A stretch of DNA of 64,000 bases from Nageia nagi (GCA_050084985.1 JBITNC010000001.1:28954001-29018000), one strand, 5' to 3'. Shown: positions 1 through 14,203, counted from the stretch's first letter. Numbers and translations: made by a program. The notes: generated by a model from the letters alone, not told the origin.

Positions 1-72
1 TTTTATTTCTATTGACTATTGATATCATCTCATTTTGCACTTCTAAAATTGTTCTATTTTTTAATGTTTTAC

Positions 73-507
73 CTTTTGCATGGCAAGTTTTGGTAAGATG
101 TCGAAAGCATGAACCTTGAGAAATACTGGTTTTCCTCTCAGATGTGTTCATAATGGTGGGAACTTAATTTGCTCTGCTGCAAACTCTGCTATGAATTGAG
201 CTTGTTTAATAATTGGATGTTTATTATTTTTTCGATGTGTCAGAATTCTGGGTCCCTGGAAGATACAGTCTTCCTTGGAGTTTACTTCTAAATGATAGAG
301 CATAAGCATTAAAACAAATATTGGCTGCATGTACAAAACTTAGGGAGCCAATAGATATCTAAGTAGCAACAACATTACCATTGATAATATTGTGCCTATA
401 CCGCTCTTTGATATGAAGTGAATTTCCTATTCCAAATAGCAAGACTCACCTGTTGTAGCGGTCTTCAAACATTTAAATAATCTAATAACCCTTTGATTTC
501 TTAAATC
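73..507 (-). other. Possible 5' end of a gene that continues left of the window (small UTR exon ~450-507; exon ~290-73 with candidate ATG at 151)
   Basis: Minus-strand splice-like sites (gatcag|attt at ~508, acag|gtgagt at ~449, aaaag|gtaaaa at 73/72). ATG 151 opens MNTSERKTSISQGSCFRHLTKTCHAK up to the donor. No homology recognised. Confidence 0.25.
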
Positions 508-1374
508 TGATCACAGTTGAACAAATTGTAACATCATAAGAAGATGGAAAAGGAGGCAACTTTACAAATAAACAAGTCCCATTTAACTTCTTGCAATGTG
601 CCAAAACAGATTCATTTTCCCATGGCACTTTCAATTTTCATAATATAATGATGTTTATTATTTAAAAGAAACGGCAAAATAAAATTTGAACTTCCAATCA
701 CAGCCACCTTTGACTAAAGAAAATTGGATGATTTTTGTTTCAAGCAAAACTTAATTCACTTAACCATCAAACAAGCAGGGATAAGTAGTCAGACTCTCTG
801 TCAAAAACCATCTCTGAATAAAAATTCTTTTGAATTTTAAAGTGCAATCTAAGTACTAACTAGAGATATAGGCGTGTGAAAGCAGATTAATGAACACGAT
901 CTTTGACTATCAACCACCACATTGCGTCTCTTTTTTCTAAATCCAAAACTCTCAAAATTAAAAATTCATGGCTTAAACAAGAATACAAAAAAAAATTGGA
1001 CTTGCTTCTAAATATGCAATCAATCTTCAGAAACATTCCTAGTTTTTCACGACTTGCAATCAGTCTTCAAAAAGCTTCCCAATTTTTCAGGATTTGCAGA
1101 AATCTTCTGATTCTAACAATTAGCAAAGACCTTATGATTTTGATCAGAAACAAGATGGAAGCAGGTTTGAAAATAGGCAGCTTGTGAGGCGTAGTATCAA
1201 GTATGTGACTCTATAGAGCGGGAGCAGCTACTTACCGTTTCATCTCATGATGAAAACTGAAGTCTTCTATTGTTCTACTTACCATTTCATCGCATGACTA
1301 CAGTTAGGGTTAGTGTTTTCTCTGAATATTCAACCCTAATTTTGTTAGAGCTATTTTTTTAGTAAGTCAATATA

Positions 1375-1590
1375 CTTGTAACTCCTGTACATGCTCTTTT
1401 GTTTGAATATTTTCTTACAGGTATTAATATTGTTTAAATGATACAGGCACTCTATTTTTTATCCATTCCATCTTCTGATATAAACATGCATTTCTGCTTC
1501 ATTTAAGCTGTTACGTGTAACTCATGCCTGTACATGCCCGTTTCTTTGAATATTTTCTTACATGTATTAATATTGTTTAAATTATTCAGT
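1375..1590. repeat. Short direct duplication (~75 bp)
   Basis: gtaactc..ctgtacatgc..tttgaatattttcttaca.gtattaatattgtttaaat occurs at ~1378 and ~1517. Confidence 0.7.
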
Positions 1591-1789
1591 CATTATAACA
1601 TTTCAATAGTTTTTTTTTTTTATTATGTTTATTAAAATTGTACTTGAATGATTTGTATTGATTGTAAGATATTATGGTAATATACGGTGGAAACAAATGC
1701 AATTATTATTATGGAGGTTATAGTTGTAAAATATTGTTGGGAGTTGGAAAAAATATATTTATGCTTTTATAGAGAAAGACAAAGATATG

Positions 1790-2210
1790 AAATTTTGGTT
1801 TTGTGGATTTTTGACATATTATGATTGCTTTTTAAAAAATTTACATATTTTGATTTTTTTTTTTGAATTTTTGATATATTTAGATTTTCTTTGGATTGTT
1901 GATTTATTTTGATTTTTTTATTAGAATTTCTTGGATTGTTGATCTATTTTGACTTTTATTTTTTAAATAAAAATGATTTTTGGATGATATTTTTTTTTTT
2001 TATTGTTCATCTATTTTGATTTTTTAATTAGAATTTTTTTGATTGTTGATTTATTTTGACTTTCATTTCTTTAATAAAAATGATTTTTGGATGATATTTT
2101 TTTGGATTGTTGATCTATTTTGACTTTTTACTTAGAATTTCTTGGATTATTGATCTATTTTGATTTTTTTTAATTTATGATATTTTGTTTTTTTGGATGA
2201 AAATGATTTT
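1790..2210. repeat. Degenerate T-rich tandem repeat (ttcttggattgttgatctattttga...)
   Basis: Six or more imperfect ~40-bp units, with a higher-order ~110-bp period marked by aataaaaatgatttttggatgatatttt. Confidence 0.75.
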
Positions 2211-3499
2211 ATATTAATTCAAATTCTTTCTTATATATATAATATATATTTGAGTTTGTTAAAAGTGGAAGTGGTCTCAAATTGAGGTGAAACATTATAA
2301 ATATTGTATTAATTTATGTGTATGTGAATTATGTATATTTGTTTAAGTTTTATTTGATTTTTCATAACATAAAAGTGATTAATAATCAAATTTGTATTTG
2401 AAGATCTAGAAAAATATAATCTACTTACATATAACATATGGATAGGTAAAGCTATTAGGTTCAATTGCTCTTTTTATTTTTGATGGCCATTATTTCTATT
2501 GGATTGCATAGATTGATATTTTTGTGGTGTTTTGAAGTTGATTGTGTGTCATGATGGGTGGGATTGAAAATTGATTGAGAGTGGATTCTCTAAAACTTCT
2601 AACTTATGGAGATCAAATGGGTAAAATTGAAGTGTACAAGTAATGCAAAGTGATTTATAAGGTGGATTGTAATGATTTTAAAAAAATATGCAAAATTTTG
2701 ATGTAGGGAGCAACTCCTTAGGCGATTAGGAGACATACCCAAAACTTCAAATGTCCCTAATGTTTTGTTGGTTTAGTGATAACATATAAAATAAAATAAA
2801 AATAAACAAAAGATAAAACAAAGAATGTAAGGAAAAAAAATATTGTTGTGGTTTCACTCCAATGATATTACATGCATTATATTGCAATGCATTATTCTTT
2901 CCCTTGCATATTACATTTTTGAACAATTACAAATGATCTTATTTAAAGACTTGGATAATAATCTACAAAACTCATAAGATAGATAATTGATTAATGAAGA
3001 ACTATCTAGAATTTAGTAATATTTTGAAGAATTTGTAGATAATAATGAAATCACAACTTTAATGTTAATACAATATTCCATAATCTTATTCTACAAATGT
3101 ATAACAAAATTATTTTCCTTATTTGCCAATGTGTATCTTTTGGTGCTCCATTAATCTTGAAATCAAATTTACTACATTAAAATGTAACATCTTCTTATTT
3201 TTAAATATATTAAGCAACCCATTAGTGTTTTATATAATGTTGAATTTATATCTATGCCCTTGTCTTCTTTTCTTAGTTTGGTTATAAATTTTTTTGTAAG
3301 GGTAAAAAGTTAAAGTGGGTTTTCATAAAATAGGGCCCCAAAACCTGTATTTACAATAGATTTAGATTTTTAATAGTAGTAACATTTAATACATATAAAA
3401 AACATCTGGGTGTCACCGTAGTTCATATTCTTCTCATAATCCTTTGCTAAGTCTGAAAATGCATTTATGCATTTCAAACTTCTCAAATAATATCTATGA

Positions 3500-4870
3500 G
3501 ATCCTTCCTTTGTATCTTCTATTGGGTCTTCCTAGTCTGAATTCAAAGTCTTTGAAGGATTCAATAAGTCTATCTTTTTCTCTCCCTTGATGCTTTAGTG
3601 GGAGATATTTTGAGATTTTATTCTTATCTTTCTCTTTTTTAATAGCATTCCTCTGAACTCAAGGCTTTTCAATTAACCTTTCCTCCTCATTTGATGGAGA
3701 TGTAGAGCATGCTTCATACTCATCAAAGTGAGCTAACTAGATGTTCAACACATCCCCTTCAAGTTTCTTTAGAGTAGAACCTTCAAAAAAATTTCCATTA
3801 GAATCTTGTGTATCCACCTTGAAATCCATTTTAGAGCTAGGGTCTTCACAAACATGACTTCTTAGGGATTTAGAGCTTAGGTCCAATGCTTGATCGTCCA
3901 AACTATATTCATCTAAAAGGGCTTCAAGGGAATCCCTATCTAAAGATGTCGTCGAAATGTTTTTTGATTAATGCCTATGGGTCATACTTTTTTAATATGC
4001 CCAATTTGCTAACAGCAATAACATCTTTTGTTGGAACTTTCATATTTAGTATTTTGATTCCATGTGTGCCATTTTGAAGTAAGAGTTATTGACTTCAACC
4101 AAGGCTTCTGTGTGTTTATCTTGACCATGATTTTGGCTTTTCAAATATCCCTTTTACTTTTAACATTATCAAAAGTATATGAATCTGGCCCTATGAAAAT
4201 ACCAATGGCATTTCTAATTTTTGTGATGACTTTTTGGCTCCAAAATTCTGCTGGTAATGCATACAAATTCACCATTTCAAGAATGCCAAATATCTATTCA
4301 ACCAAGGGTTCAAAGTCTGGAGACCATTTCCTAATATATACCCCCTCTATCCAAAGAAGCATTCTTGCTTATGCTCTAAGGCCCTATCCCTCTCCTTTAA
4401 ATCCTTAAAGATCACCAAGAAAAAAAGTGTGGAAGAAGAGAAATGTTAAATTTCTAATCCCAACATTCATTAGCATACCTCATTAGTTCTTCCCAGCTCA
4501 GATGATTTTCCCTTAATTTACATATAATTACTTTCATCTCTAGCTTTGTGATTTGCATTCCAACCTCCTTTTCTTCAATATTTGTCGAGATCAAATGTGG
4601 GTTTACCAAAAAGAAGTTAGAGTCTAGGTTGTAACAAGTGTCTCCATGCCCTTGTAAATATGGAGCCTATGAGGAATCCACCTTATGACATTCTAGTCTG
4701 GAATAGCAATCATTGTCCCACCTTTTCATTATGTGTAATTGATCTTTCATAGAAGCCCTTTGGGGAGGGTTTCCATAGCTACCTTGTGCACATCCTCTCC
4801 TCACATTGCTCACCAAAGATGCCCAAGGATTTTGCTCACCTGATGCACCTAAATCATGTCTATCACTCAT
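3500..4870 (-). mobile_element. Decayed LINE (L1-type) ORF1 remnant (DUF4283 region)
   Basis: Minus-strand translation gives IRKWSPDFEPL and PEFWSQKVITKIRNAIGIFIGPD, matching plant L1 ORF1 motifs; stops and frameshifts; boundaries approximate. Confidence 0.65.
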
Positions 4871-4899
4871 TACACTCCCAAGTCTTTAATTACAAAAAA

Positions 4900-6342
4900 G
4901 ATTCTTAATTTGGTTATGTTGGCCATAGGTGTAGATATTATTTTGTAATTTGACATTCTAAAATTTTTGAAAATATCATTTGCATACTTTGTTTGATATA
5001 TGAAAATTCCTTCATTTTTTTTAATTTACTTCAATACTCAAAAATATTTCATTAAGCCCAAATCATCATCTCGAATGCTTTCTTCATAACTGACTTGAAA
5101 GAAGTAGTTGAAAAACTTCTTGTATATATGCAAATAATTAAATTCTCACCTTGATCATTTAACTTGATGTAAAGAGTTATTTCACTTTTGCATTGGCTAA
5201 ATTCATTATTCAAGAAATATGAGTCAATATGATTGTACCAAGCTCTTGGGGCTTGCTTGAGATCATATAATACTTTCTTTAATCTATTAACTTTATGCTT
5301 GTGGTCCAATATATGATATCTTAGTGGTTGGACATATATCCTTCTTCCTATAATATTCCATTTAGAAATAATTATTTAATATTAATTTGCAATACTTCCT
5401 ATTTATATTGGATCACTATAGCTAACATAGATCATATTGTATCTAGTCAAGCTAATGGAGAAAAAATTTAATTATAATCAATTCCATATTGTTGTGAGAA
5501 GCCCTTTACAACTAATCTTGTGTTATAGTTCACAATATTTCCATCATGTCAAACTTGGTCTTCTACACCCAATTTACACCAACTATATCTTTCCATTTTG
5601 TTAGATTTACTATTTCCTAAGTTTGATTTCTTTCTATTGCCATAATTTCTTCATCCATGACCTTTTACCAATTTTCATTCTTAATTGCTTCAAAATATAC
5701 TAGATCAACTATAGAAACTAATGTAAAATCATGACATGCTTCACCCTTTTACCCAAGGGGCATGCTCATGAGATGGAGTGCAGGACAAGTTACAATATCT
5801 TATTCACAAATACTTAAAAGGTATCTAGAGATACATTTAAGTATTAGTAAATTTATATGAAGAGACCTTACAATAATGCATTATATATTCCAACAATTTT
5901 TTCCTTGATTATCTTTTAAAAAATTATATTTTTCTTATCCATATCAAACTAGTTCTTTCTACATTCTTTTGCATAATGCCAAAATTTCTTAGAGTAGTGA
6001 TATTAAGTTTGAATTTTTTCATACCTTTGTCCTTGACCATGGGATTCATGATGATGTGAATGACTACCACCTCTACCTTGTCCTCTTGTAATGAAATTTG
6101 TATTTTCTTTATCTACATAATAATTATTTGATCTTATTTCTTTAATTTGATTACTAGTTCTACCTCTTGTAAATCCTAATATATTACTAGTTTCTCCCTT
6201 TCTTGTATTTCTATTGCTACTGATTTGAACTTGTGATTTGAAAGCATTTTCAATGGGAGGATAAAATAATTTGTGTAGCCTTTGATCATGATCTTTTAAA
6301 GAACCCATAATCTCACTAATATTAACTTATGATAGATCTTTC
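4900..6342 (-). mobile_element. Ty1/copia remnant A (gag C-terminus joined to RT; protease and integrase deleted)
   Basis: RT motif YDLKQAPRAWYNHIDSYF (5052-5309); gag motif KDLS..ISEIMGSLKDH and an RG-rich tail (6003-6340). Confidence 0.9.
5730..5895 (-). mobile_element. Partial LTR of the family also found at 17360-17780 and 37471-37976
   Basis: Reverse complement matches 37471-37645 (…cttgtcctacactccaattcatgagcatgccccttgggtaaaagg…) and ends at the LTR terminus ttccaaca (5895). Confidence 0.8.
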
Positions 6343-9002
6343 CAACTCATTTGGAGAAATATTGATTAGTGAAAATGCTTACCTAACATAAATGGTGCTT
6401 ACCTAATGGGATTCATATGTTATATGATAAACTCTACTTTAGAATGCTATATCTCCAAAATACAACTCCATTTGACCTAATTCATTTTGCAGATGGTTAA
6501 GGATGAATTCTAGAATATAATGTAAAAAATTGAACTCATTTGGAGTATGTTTAGTTGCTTAAAATGCTTATCCTATGATGATGATACTTACCCAATGGCT
6601 TTTGAGTATGGTCTAGTATAATAAACTTCCAAGAGTCATCTCTTAAAATGTAGATCCGTTTGATCTCATTTTAGAAGCATTGGAAAGGTATTGATGTCAG
6701 ATATCTATTGCAAAACTTTTAGAGCATTTAAATGAGTAAAATTATGTTGGATAAGCCAATCTTATGATGAATTAGTTTCAAAAGTTCTAGATAAGATTTC
6801 CTATCATCAAGTAAGCTTGTAGTTCATCGGATAAGGATAGAAACCATCGAGTAAGGTATTTTATTGTTGAATCAAAGCACATAAAGGTTATATATTATTA
6901 AAATATCATGTCAAGCCCAAAATTCCTTTAAAATCATGACATTTGGAAAAATAATTAGAAGATAAGTTAGTTTCATAAAGAATAATGTTGGATAGGTGAT
7001 GAATTTTTAAAGACATGTTTCCATCAGATAATCTTCAGCTTCATCATGTAAGAATAATTTTCATCAAGAAAACCTAGTATTTATTGGGTAAGAAAATACT
7101 TTTTTGGGTAAATTTATTTATCATCAAGAAACATTACCTCTCACTAGGTAAGCAATATATTCATCGGATAAGCTCACTTAGTATCAGGTAAGCATTTGTT
7201 CAATCATATTTCAGGTAAGATTTGGTTCAATCATATAAGCCTTGATTCTACTGTGTAAGCTTGAGTTCCATTAGGTAGGGTTTTTCTTATCGAGCAATAG
7301 GCATCACTACTAAATAAACCCTAACATGCATCCTTTTCTGCATCTAAACATAATGTATTATTTTTAACTTAAACATAAAAAATTAATGTAAAATTTTGAC
7401 TCAACCGAAATAGTAGTTTTTGTATCCTTTTTTGCATCAAATTGCCAATTTTTGCATCAATTTTTCAAAATTTATGTCAATTTTTGCATCAAAATTTTAG
7501 AAATTGCATTGAATTGTTAGAATTTGCATCAATTTTAAAAAGAAAATACCATAAATTATAGATCTTGAATCAAAAGTTATGACCTCTATAAGGTACATCA
7601 TTTTTATTAGGTCTTTAAGGAAATGACATAGATCCATTAAACCAGTTTAGGAATGGGGCTAATGGTTTAGGTTTTAAAAAATTTAAATTTATTGTATATA
7701 TTTTTTCTCAATAATATAGTAAGGTTTTTAATGTTATTATCCATTTCTTGTTGCTTGTTTTTTTTTCAACCTTTAAAGGAGTTTTCTTTTTTGCAACTAG
7801 AGATTTCTTAGCAACTAAAATTTTTTCTGTGGGCTTCTTCTCTACCTTGGGTACCATAGCTATGATCAAAACTTGAAATCTAAGGAAGAAAAAAACTAGT
7901 TAAAGTCTATGAAATGTGAGGATTATAGGTAGGGTTTGTTGATATATATAGATAAAAAAGGCTATTTGGCTATTAGGTAATCACTTTTGGTACGGATGGA
8001 GGATGAAATGAATGTGAGTCATTGATTGGTCGATTGATGAATAGGTAAAATGTGTTTTATTTTTTGTTAGTTAAATACAACATAAATTTTTCATCATTTT
8101 TCATGTTAGAATCTACATAGATGTTTGAGTTGGAAAAAGTGAAAAATGAAAAAAAAATAATGCATGTCAATGCAAGAGGATGCAAATTAACGTTGATTTT
8201 TATTTTTTATGTTTGAAGATGCAAAAAAGGATGCAAATCAACCTTTTGGTAGTAGTTTGTATGTTTGCCAAATAATGATTGATTTATTAGATACATACCT
8301 ATCAAATTGGTTAACATTTTCCTTATTAGATAGAAAAATCATTCATCAGCTCTAGATAATTAAGAAGATGGATACACATGGAAACTTTCTAAAAGGATTA
8401 TATTTTTGTAGATTACAAGTGGCAACCTTTAGAAAATATCTTAGAAAAACCACTACTAAATCCATCGAACAAGCTCACTTAGTATCGAGTAAGCACTTGT
8501 TCAATCAAGGAATGAAAAAAGTATCAGATTAAGGTAGAAGATTTTAGAGAAGCTTTAGTTGTATTAGATAAGCATTGATTATATCGGCTAAGCTTGAGTT
8601 CCATTGGGTAGGGTTTTTTTATCAAGCAAGAGGCATGTTCATCAAATAAGGACTAATTTGTCAAGTACATCTTTATCAAATTGGTTAACATTTTCTTTAT
8701 CAGTTACAAAAATCATTCATTAGCTCCAAAAAGTTAAGAAGATGGATACATATGGTAACTTTCTAAAAGGATTATATTTTTGTATATTATAGGTGGAAAC
8801 CTTCAAAAAATATCTTTAAAAAATATGATGGAAGAATCAAAGTCCTAAAAAGAATCAAATGCCAATTTGTACAATAAGTTTCTCACATAGAGTGAACTTA
8901 CCATGAAGGTGTACAACAAAATCAACACTATACAACATAAAATCCTCCTAAGGTTGAATTTATCCTTATAAACATGAATTCAACACAAGAATTCAAACTT
9001 CA
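6343..9002 (-). repeat. Motif-rich repeat, possibly the long 3' LTR of copia B, containing an internal ~0.35-kb duplication
   Basis: Begins TG directly after the PPT at 9003-9012 (minus strand); many catc(g)g(g/a)taag/cttacc motifs; 7165-7304 plus 8263-8445 is duplicated at 8465-8825. Confidence 0.45.
7305..8259. mobile_element. Non-autonomous CACTA-like DNA transposon (~955 bp)
   Basis: Starts CACTAC; subterminal inverted repeat gcatccttttctgcatctaaacataa / ttatgtttgaagatgcaaaaaaggatgc; ttttgcatcaa subterminal arrays; 3-bp TSD cat (7302-7304) / tat (8260-8262); empty paralogous site aggCATgttc at 8631-8640; right terminus degenerate. Confidence 0.65.
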
Positions 9003-12000
9003 CTCCCCCTTAAGGGTAATTTCATCAACCTAATAGCATCCTTAAGCTTACAAAACTAAGCTTTTGGGAGAGGTTTGGTGAATAAATCAATGAAGTTCAA
9101 GGTGGATGGACAATACTCCAAGTGTATGATGCCATCTAGAACCTTCTCCCTAATAAAATGGGCATAGATTTTCACATGTTTTATTCTTTGATGGAACACT
9201 AGATTCTTAGCCAAAGAAATAGCTGATTGATTATTTGAAGAGATCAAAGATGAGCCACCTTGCTCATACCTAATTTCTTTCAGAAGATGCCTTAAGTAAA
9301 TGGCTTCCTAGGTTGCAACAGACATAGCATAATATTTAGCTTCTATAGTGGAAAGAGTAATAGTAGGTTGCTTCTTGGAAGCCTAAGAGATAGCACCTGA
9401 ACCAATGCTAAACACATACATAAAGGTTAACTTCATATCATATCTATCTCCCCCATAGTCAGAATCAAAAAATCTAAAGAAAATAAATGAAGGCAACTTG
9501 GAATACTTAAGAGTAAGATCCTTAGCCCCTACAACATACCTCAAGATTTTCTTAATTTTGCTTAATAGCATTGAGGTGCTCAACATAAGAGTTTTGCATG
9601 AATTATGCCATCAGATTCACTACAAAGGTAATATGTAACCTGGATATAATCAAATACAAAAGACTACTAATTAATTACCTATAAGTTGTAGCATTAGCTA
9701 ACTGAGAGTTAGAGCTTAGAGAAATAGTGATTCTAAGAGAGATTAGGATTGTAGCATATCTACACTTCTCCATTCCAAACTCCTACAAGATATTTGATAT
9801 ATACTTAGATTGATTGAAGTAAGTATAATCCTTATATTGATACACTTGCATTCAATGATAGTAATGCAAAAGACCAAGATCAATCATTTCAAATATTGCC
9901 ATAAGTTTGGATATGCACTCTTGAATGATTTCATCATCATTTTCAGTAATCAAAAGATCATCTACATAAAAGAGAATCAATACCATGTTTTTTCCTTAAT
10001 TGAGCACATATAGATCGAAGTTAAAAAACACTTAGAGAATCCAATATCTGCAAAGTACCCTTAAATATTTCTATACCAGGTTTGAGGTGCTTGCTTAAGT
10101 CCATATAATGAATTCTTTAGCTTGTGCATAAAGAACTTTTTACCTTCCATAATAAACTCTTATGGTTGATTCATGAATATTTTCACATCTAAGTGACCAT
10201 TGAGAAATGCACTCTTAATGTCAAGTTGAGAAACTTTCCATCCTTGAGCTACTTAAAGAGCAAAGATAACTCTCATAGTAGGCATCTTTACCATGGAAGT
10301 AAAGGTTTCTTCATAATCTATACCATATTTTTGAGCAAGACCTTTAGCTACTAACCTTATCTTATATTTTTTAATATCTCCTACTGAATTGAACTTGACC
10401 TTGTAGATCCACTTATTGCTAATCACATTCTTTTCATTGAGATAAAGAACCAAGTCCCAAGTTCTATTTTTCATAAGCACCTCATACTTCACTTTCATGG
10501 CTTCCATCTAGCACTCATGCTTAGAAGCTTCTTTGAAGGTTGAGGGCTCATGCTTGTTATCAATCTTGATAATTAAGGATTTGTTCAAGGTCATGCTCCT
10601 TATTACCCTTTGTGTTGAAAAATTTTATTCTTGAGATGACTTATCTATATCAATATCCAACTAGCTAAGAGCAACTGAAGAGTCTTTTAAATCATCAACA
10701 TTCTCATTAGAAGCAAATTCTTTAGGAAGTTCATTGAACTTTACATCCTTTGAAATGAATACTACTTTATAGGTTGGAGAGTAGAGCTTGTAACCTTTAT
10801 GTTGACTATCATAACTCATAAAAATGTATTTTTTAACTTTTTTATCCAACTTCTTTCTTTTCTCAAAAATAATGTAGGAGAAAGCTTCATAACCAAACAC
10901 ACTAAGTTGAGAAATGTTAGGTTTTCTTCCTGACCATGCTTTAAAAAGAGTTTTACTCTAAATGGCTTTTATGAGATGCCTACTTAAGGTGTAAATAGCA
11001 ATGCTCACAACTTCATCCCATAAGAATTTAGGAAGTTTACTCAATATGCATCTACCATCTTCATAATTATTCTATTTTTTTTTTCAGCAACACCATTCTG
11101 TTGAAAAGTGTATGGAATTGTAAACTACCTCTTGATTATATACTTAACATAATAGTCATTAAACTTATTGTTGTTATATTATCCCCTATTATCTAATCTC
11201 AACATTTTAATTTTAACATTAGTTTGATTCTCAACAAAGGCCTTAAAAATATTAAAACTCTCAAAAGTTTGATCCTTATGCTGAAGTAGATACCCAAAGG
11301 TCATCCTACTAAAATTATCAATGAAGGTCAAGACATAAGATGCTCTTCCAAGCGACTTAGTCTAAAATGGACCCATCAAATTTGAATGCACAAGTTAAAG
11401 AGGTTAAGATGCTCTTATTACCTTATCTTTTTTAACCTTTTATCTATACATCTTTTCAAGAATGCACTTCTCATATAGACCAATTGAAGAAGAAATTGAA
11501 ATCAAACCTTCCATAAGTTATTAGTCTTTCATTACTTGAATACTTTTGTAGTTAAGGTTCCCTAAATAATGGTGCTAAAGATTGCTTTTAGAACACACAC
11601 TAAAAATAAGACACATCTTTGATAGAACTTGATCTACAATGTAAAGGTTATCTTTCATAGATATTTTAACCAAAGTGGCAAGTCTTTTCTTAATGTACTA
11701 AGATTGAGAGTTGAATTCAAAAGAGTACCTTTTCTAGCAACTTAGATCATGGAGAGAAGGTTCATCCTTAATTTAAGAACATAAAGAATATTTTTAAGAA
11801 CTTTTTCATGAATTAGCACACTTTCAATTCTTTAAATTTCAAGGGTAGAGTTATCACTTATCATAATTGCATCTTTTTATATTTGTGAAAGTTTTTAATT
11901 TTTTTTTAAAGCATAGGTGATTAGTGTAACCAGAATCAACAATCTATTTAGATGAAAAAGAGCAAGATAAGGAGTAGAGCACCATAGCAAAATTAACATG

Positions 12001-12960
12001 AATATTTTTTTATCCTTTATAGTTATTTATATTTTCATTACCTTTATTCTTTTCTTCTTTTTTCTTTTGTTAGCAGTTAATTTTTTTGTGACCTTGAATG
12101 CCATAATAGTTACAATTACTATCAAACTTTTTCTTAGGATAAAGAGTGTTTACTTTACCTTTTCCATATCTTTGCTTAAAATAATTGTTATTACCATTAT
12201 TCCTATTATTGTGGTTATTATTTCTATTATTCCTATTATTATTGAAACCATTACCTCTTTTCTCAAACCTTTTAGAGGAAGAAAGATAAGATTTCTTTTG
12301 ATAATTGAAATTTTTTTTAAAAAAAGTTTTAGTTACACCAAGGGCAATGTTATTATTCTTAGAAAAAGAAATCAACACTTTATTGTTAAGGGTTTTCTCA
12401 TGTTTCAATAGGTGCCTAGATAAGTTCTCAAGGGAGATGACTTCTTTTTCATCATTAAACCTTATTTCCATAACCATTACAAAGTTTTCAAACTTTGAAG
12501 AGAGGTTTTGAAGAATGATGAAGATCATGAACTCATCATTGATCCAACTGCATCCATAAGCAACAATTTAGATCCTTAGATCAATGATTTTATTTAAGTA
12601 AATAGCCACATTTTCATCTTTCTCTTAATGAGATTGAAGCAACTTTTAGAGAATGGTAAACCTTCTTGAAAAGTTTGAATCAATGTAGATTTATTTAAAT
12701 TTATCCCATGCTTCCTTTATTGATATTGAAGAGAAAATCATCATGAGCATATCATCTAAAATTGCATGGTAAATCATGAAGATTGCCAACTCATTCTTTA
12801 TGTTGTAAGCTTCTAATGCTTTCTTATCTGTAAGAGGTATAAGGTTCTTATTCATTATTTTTTAAAGCTTCCTTATCTATAATTTAGCTCTCATCTAAGG
12901 GTATTAAATCCCATAGTTGAAACCATCAAGAATGTGTTTATGTAAAAAGAATTTTCTTAT
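9003..12960 (-). mobile_element. Ty1/copia element B, complete but decayed gag-PR-INT-RT-RNaseH; its long 5' leader probably extends to ~16500
   Basis: gag with zinc knuckle (CNYYGIQGHKKINC); integrase (QNGVAE region, KRKKLDKK..YKLY); RT (KWIYKVK..KIRLVAKG..QKYGIDYEETF); RNaseH (NQSAISLAKN.VFHQRIKH..DLFTKPL); PPT ttaaggggga at 9003-9013. Confidence 0.93.
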
Positions 12961-13839
12961 TTGCTACATAAAAATATGAAATAATAAGCATGTGTTTTTA
13001 ATAAATAAAATGTTAAATTTTAACCAAGTAAATAATACATGTTACATTTAACATTAAATACATGCTTGATTTGATTCACAAATGCAAATATTTTATAATT
13101 TAAATAATAACCCATGTACCCAAATAAATTTTTTATCTCAAGAATCGTAGATGTAGAATGACATTATTAAGGTTTGTTTTCTTATCTAAAATTAGGCTTT
13201 GACCTAGATGCCTACACAAGAGGAGCCCAAGTACTACCAATCTTCAACTAGTTTTCTTTGGATAGCAATATACTCTCATAAAGAGAAGTACTAGCTGTTT
13301 TCAAAGTTCTAACATTTATTGGATCAACCAAATTATTAATCTTGATTAGATTTCAAGTTATCCTCTTAGGCTATCAAGATAATCCCTAAATGGACATGTG
13401 GATATTTGATATCACTACACACATACCTATCCACCTATTGGAGTTAAATCCAGACCAATAGAGAACTTAGAGGTAATTAAGAAGTATGAACTTTTCACCA
13501 CTTGGATCATCAAATTTAAAGGCTCCAATCCACCTATCCTCATCTTATGGCTCCTCAAATAAGTCATGTTATGGAATGTACATGTGGATGTGTTCTTTTT
13601 AGGGTGTTGCTCATATCAATGTTTGCATAAGCAAATAAATAAAAGTATAAAATATGAAATAAAAGAGCATAAGTAAAACATCATCTATTCAATAACTTAA
13701 AACCTAAGTATCCAATGGGTTTTGTTTACCAACCTCTAAAGGACATCTTTACATTAATCACTTATTTTGCATAAGTCCATTTCATATTTTGCATAAGGAT
13801 AAATACTCAAAATGCATTCTTAAATCATACATGCATCAT

Positions 13840-14203
13840 AAAAAATTTAAACCCTAAGCATTAACTTAAAAAATTTAAGTCCTTGAGCATGCATTAAAAA
13901 TTTAAGCTTTAAGTATTAAGCAAAAAAAGGTATCATTCACATAGCTTTAAAAAAATTTAAGTAAGCATATATCATTCCAATAAATTAAGTAAGAAGCATG
14001 CACTATTTAACTTAAGGATTAAGTAGGAAGCATGCATCAATCCATAACTTAAAAAATTAAGTAAGCATGCATTATAACTTTAAAAAAGGGTAAGCATGCA
14101 ATATTAACTTAATAAATAAAAAAAATGCATTAATAACTTTAAAAATTAAGTACTAAGCATGCATTTATTAACTTAAAAAAATAAGTTCTAAAAACATGTA
14201 TTA
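13840..14203. repeat. ~30-35 bp tandem repeat (taacttaaaaaattaagtaagcatgca) in the copia B leader; resumes at ~15550-15600
   Basis: About ten imperfect units; the array continues on the other side of the 14204-15547 insert. Confidence 0.8.

Noticed and set aside
2766-3075. Possible solo LTR
   Set aside because: Composition is suggestive, but no clear termini or TSD could be fixed.
11998-12511. Hydrophobic plus-strand ORFs resembling membrane proteins
   Set aside because: Antisense to the Asn/Lys-rich copia gag in AT-rich DNA.
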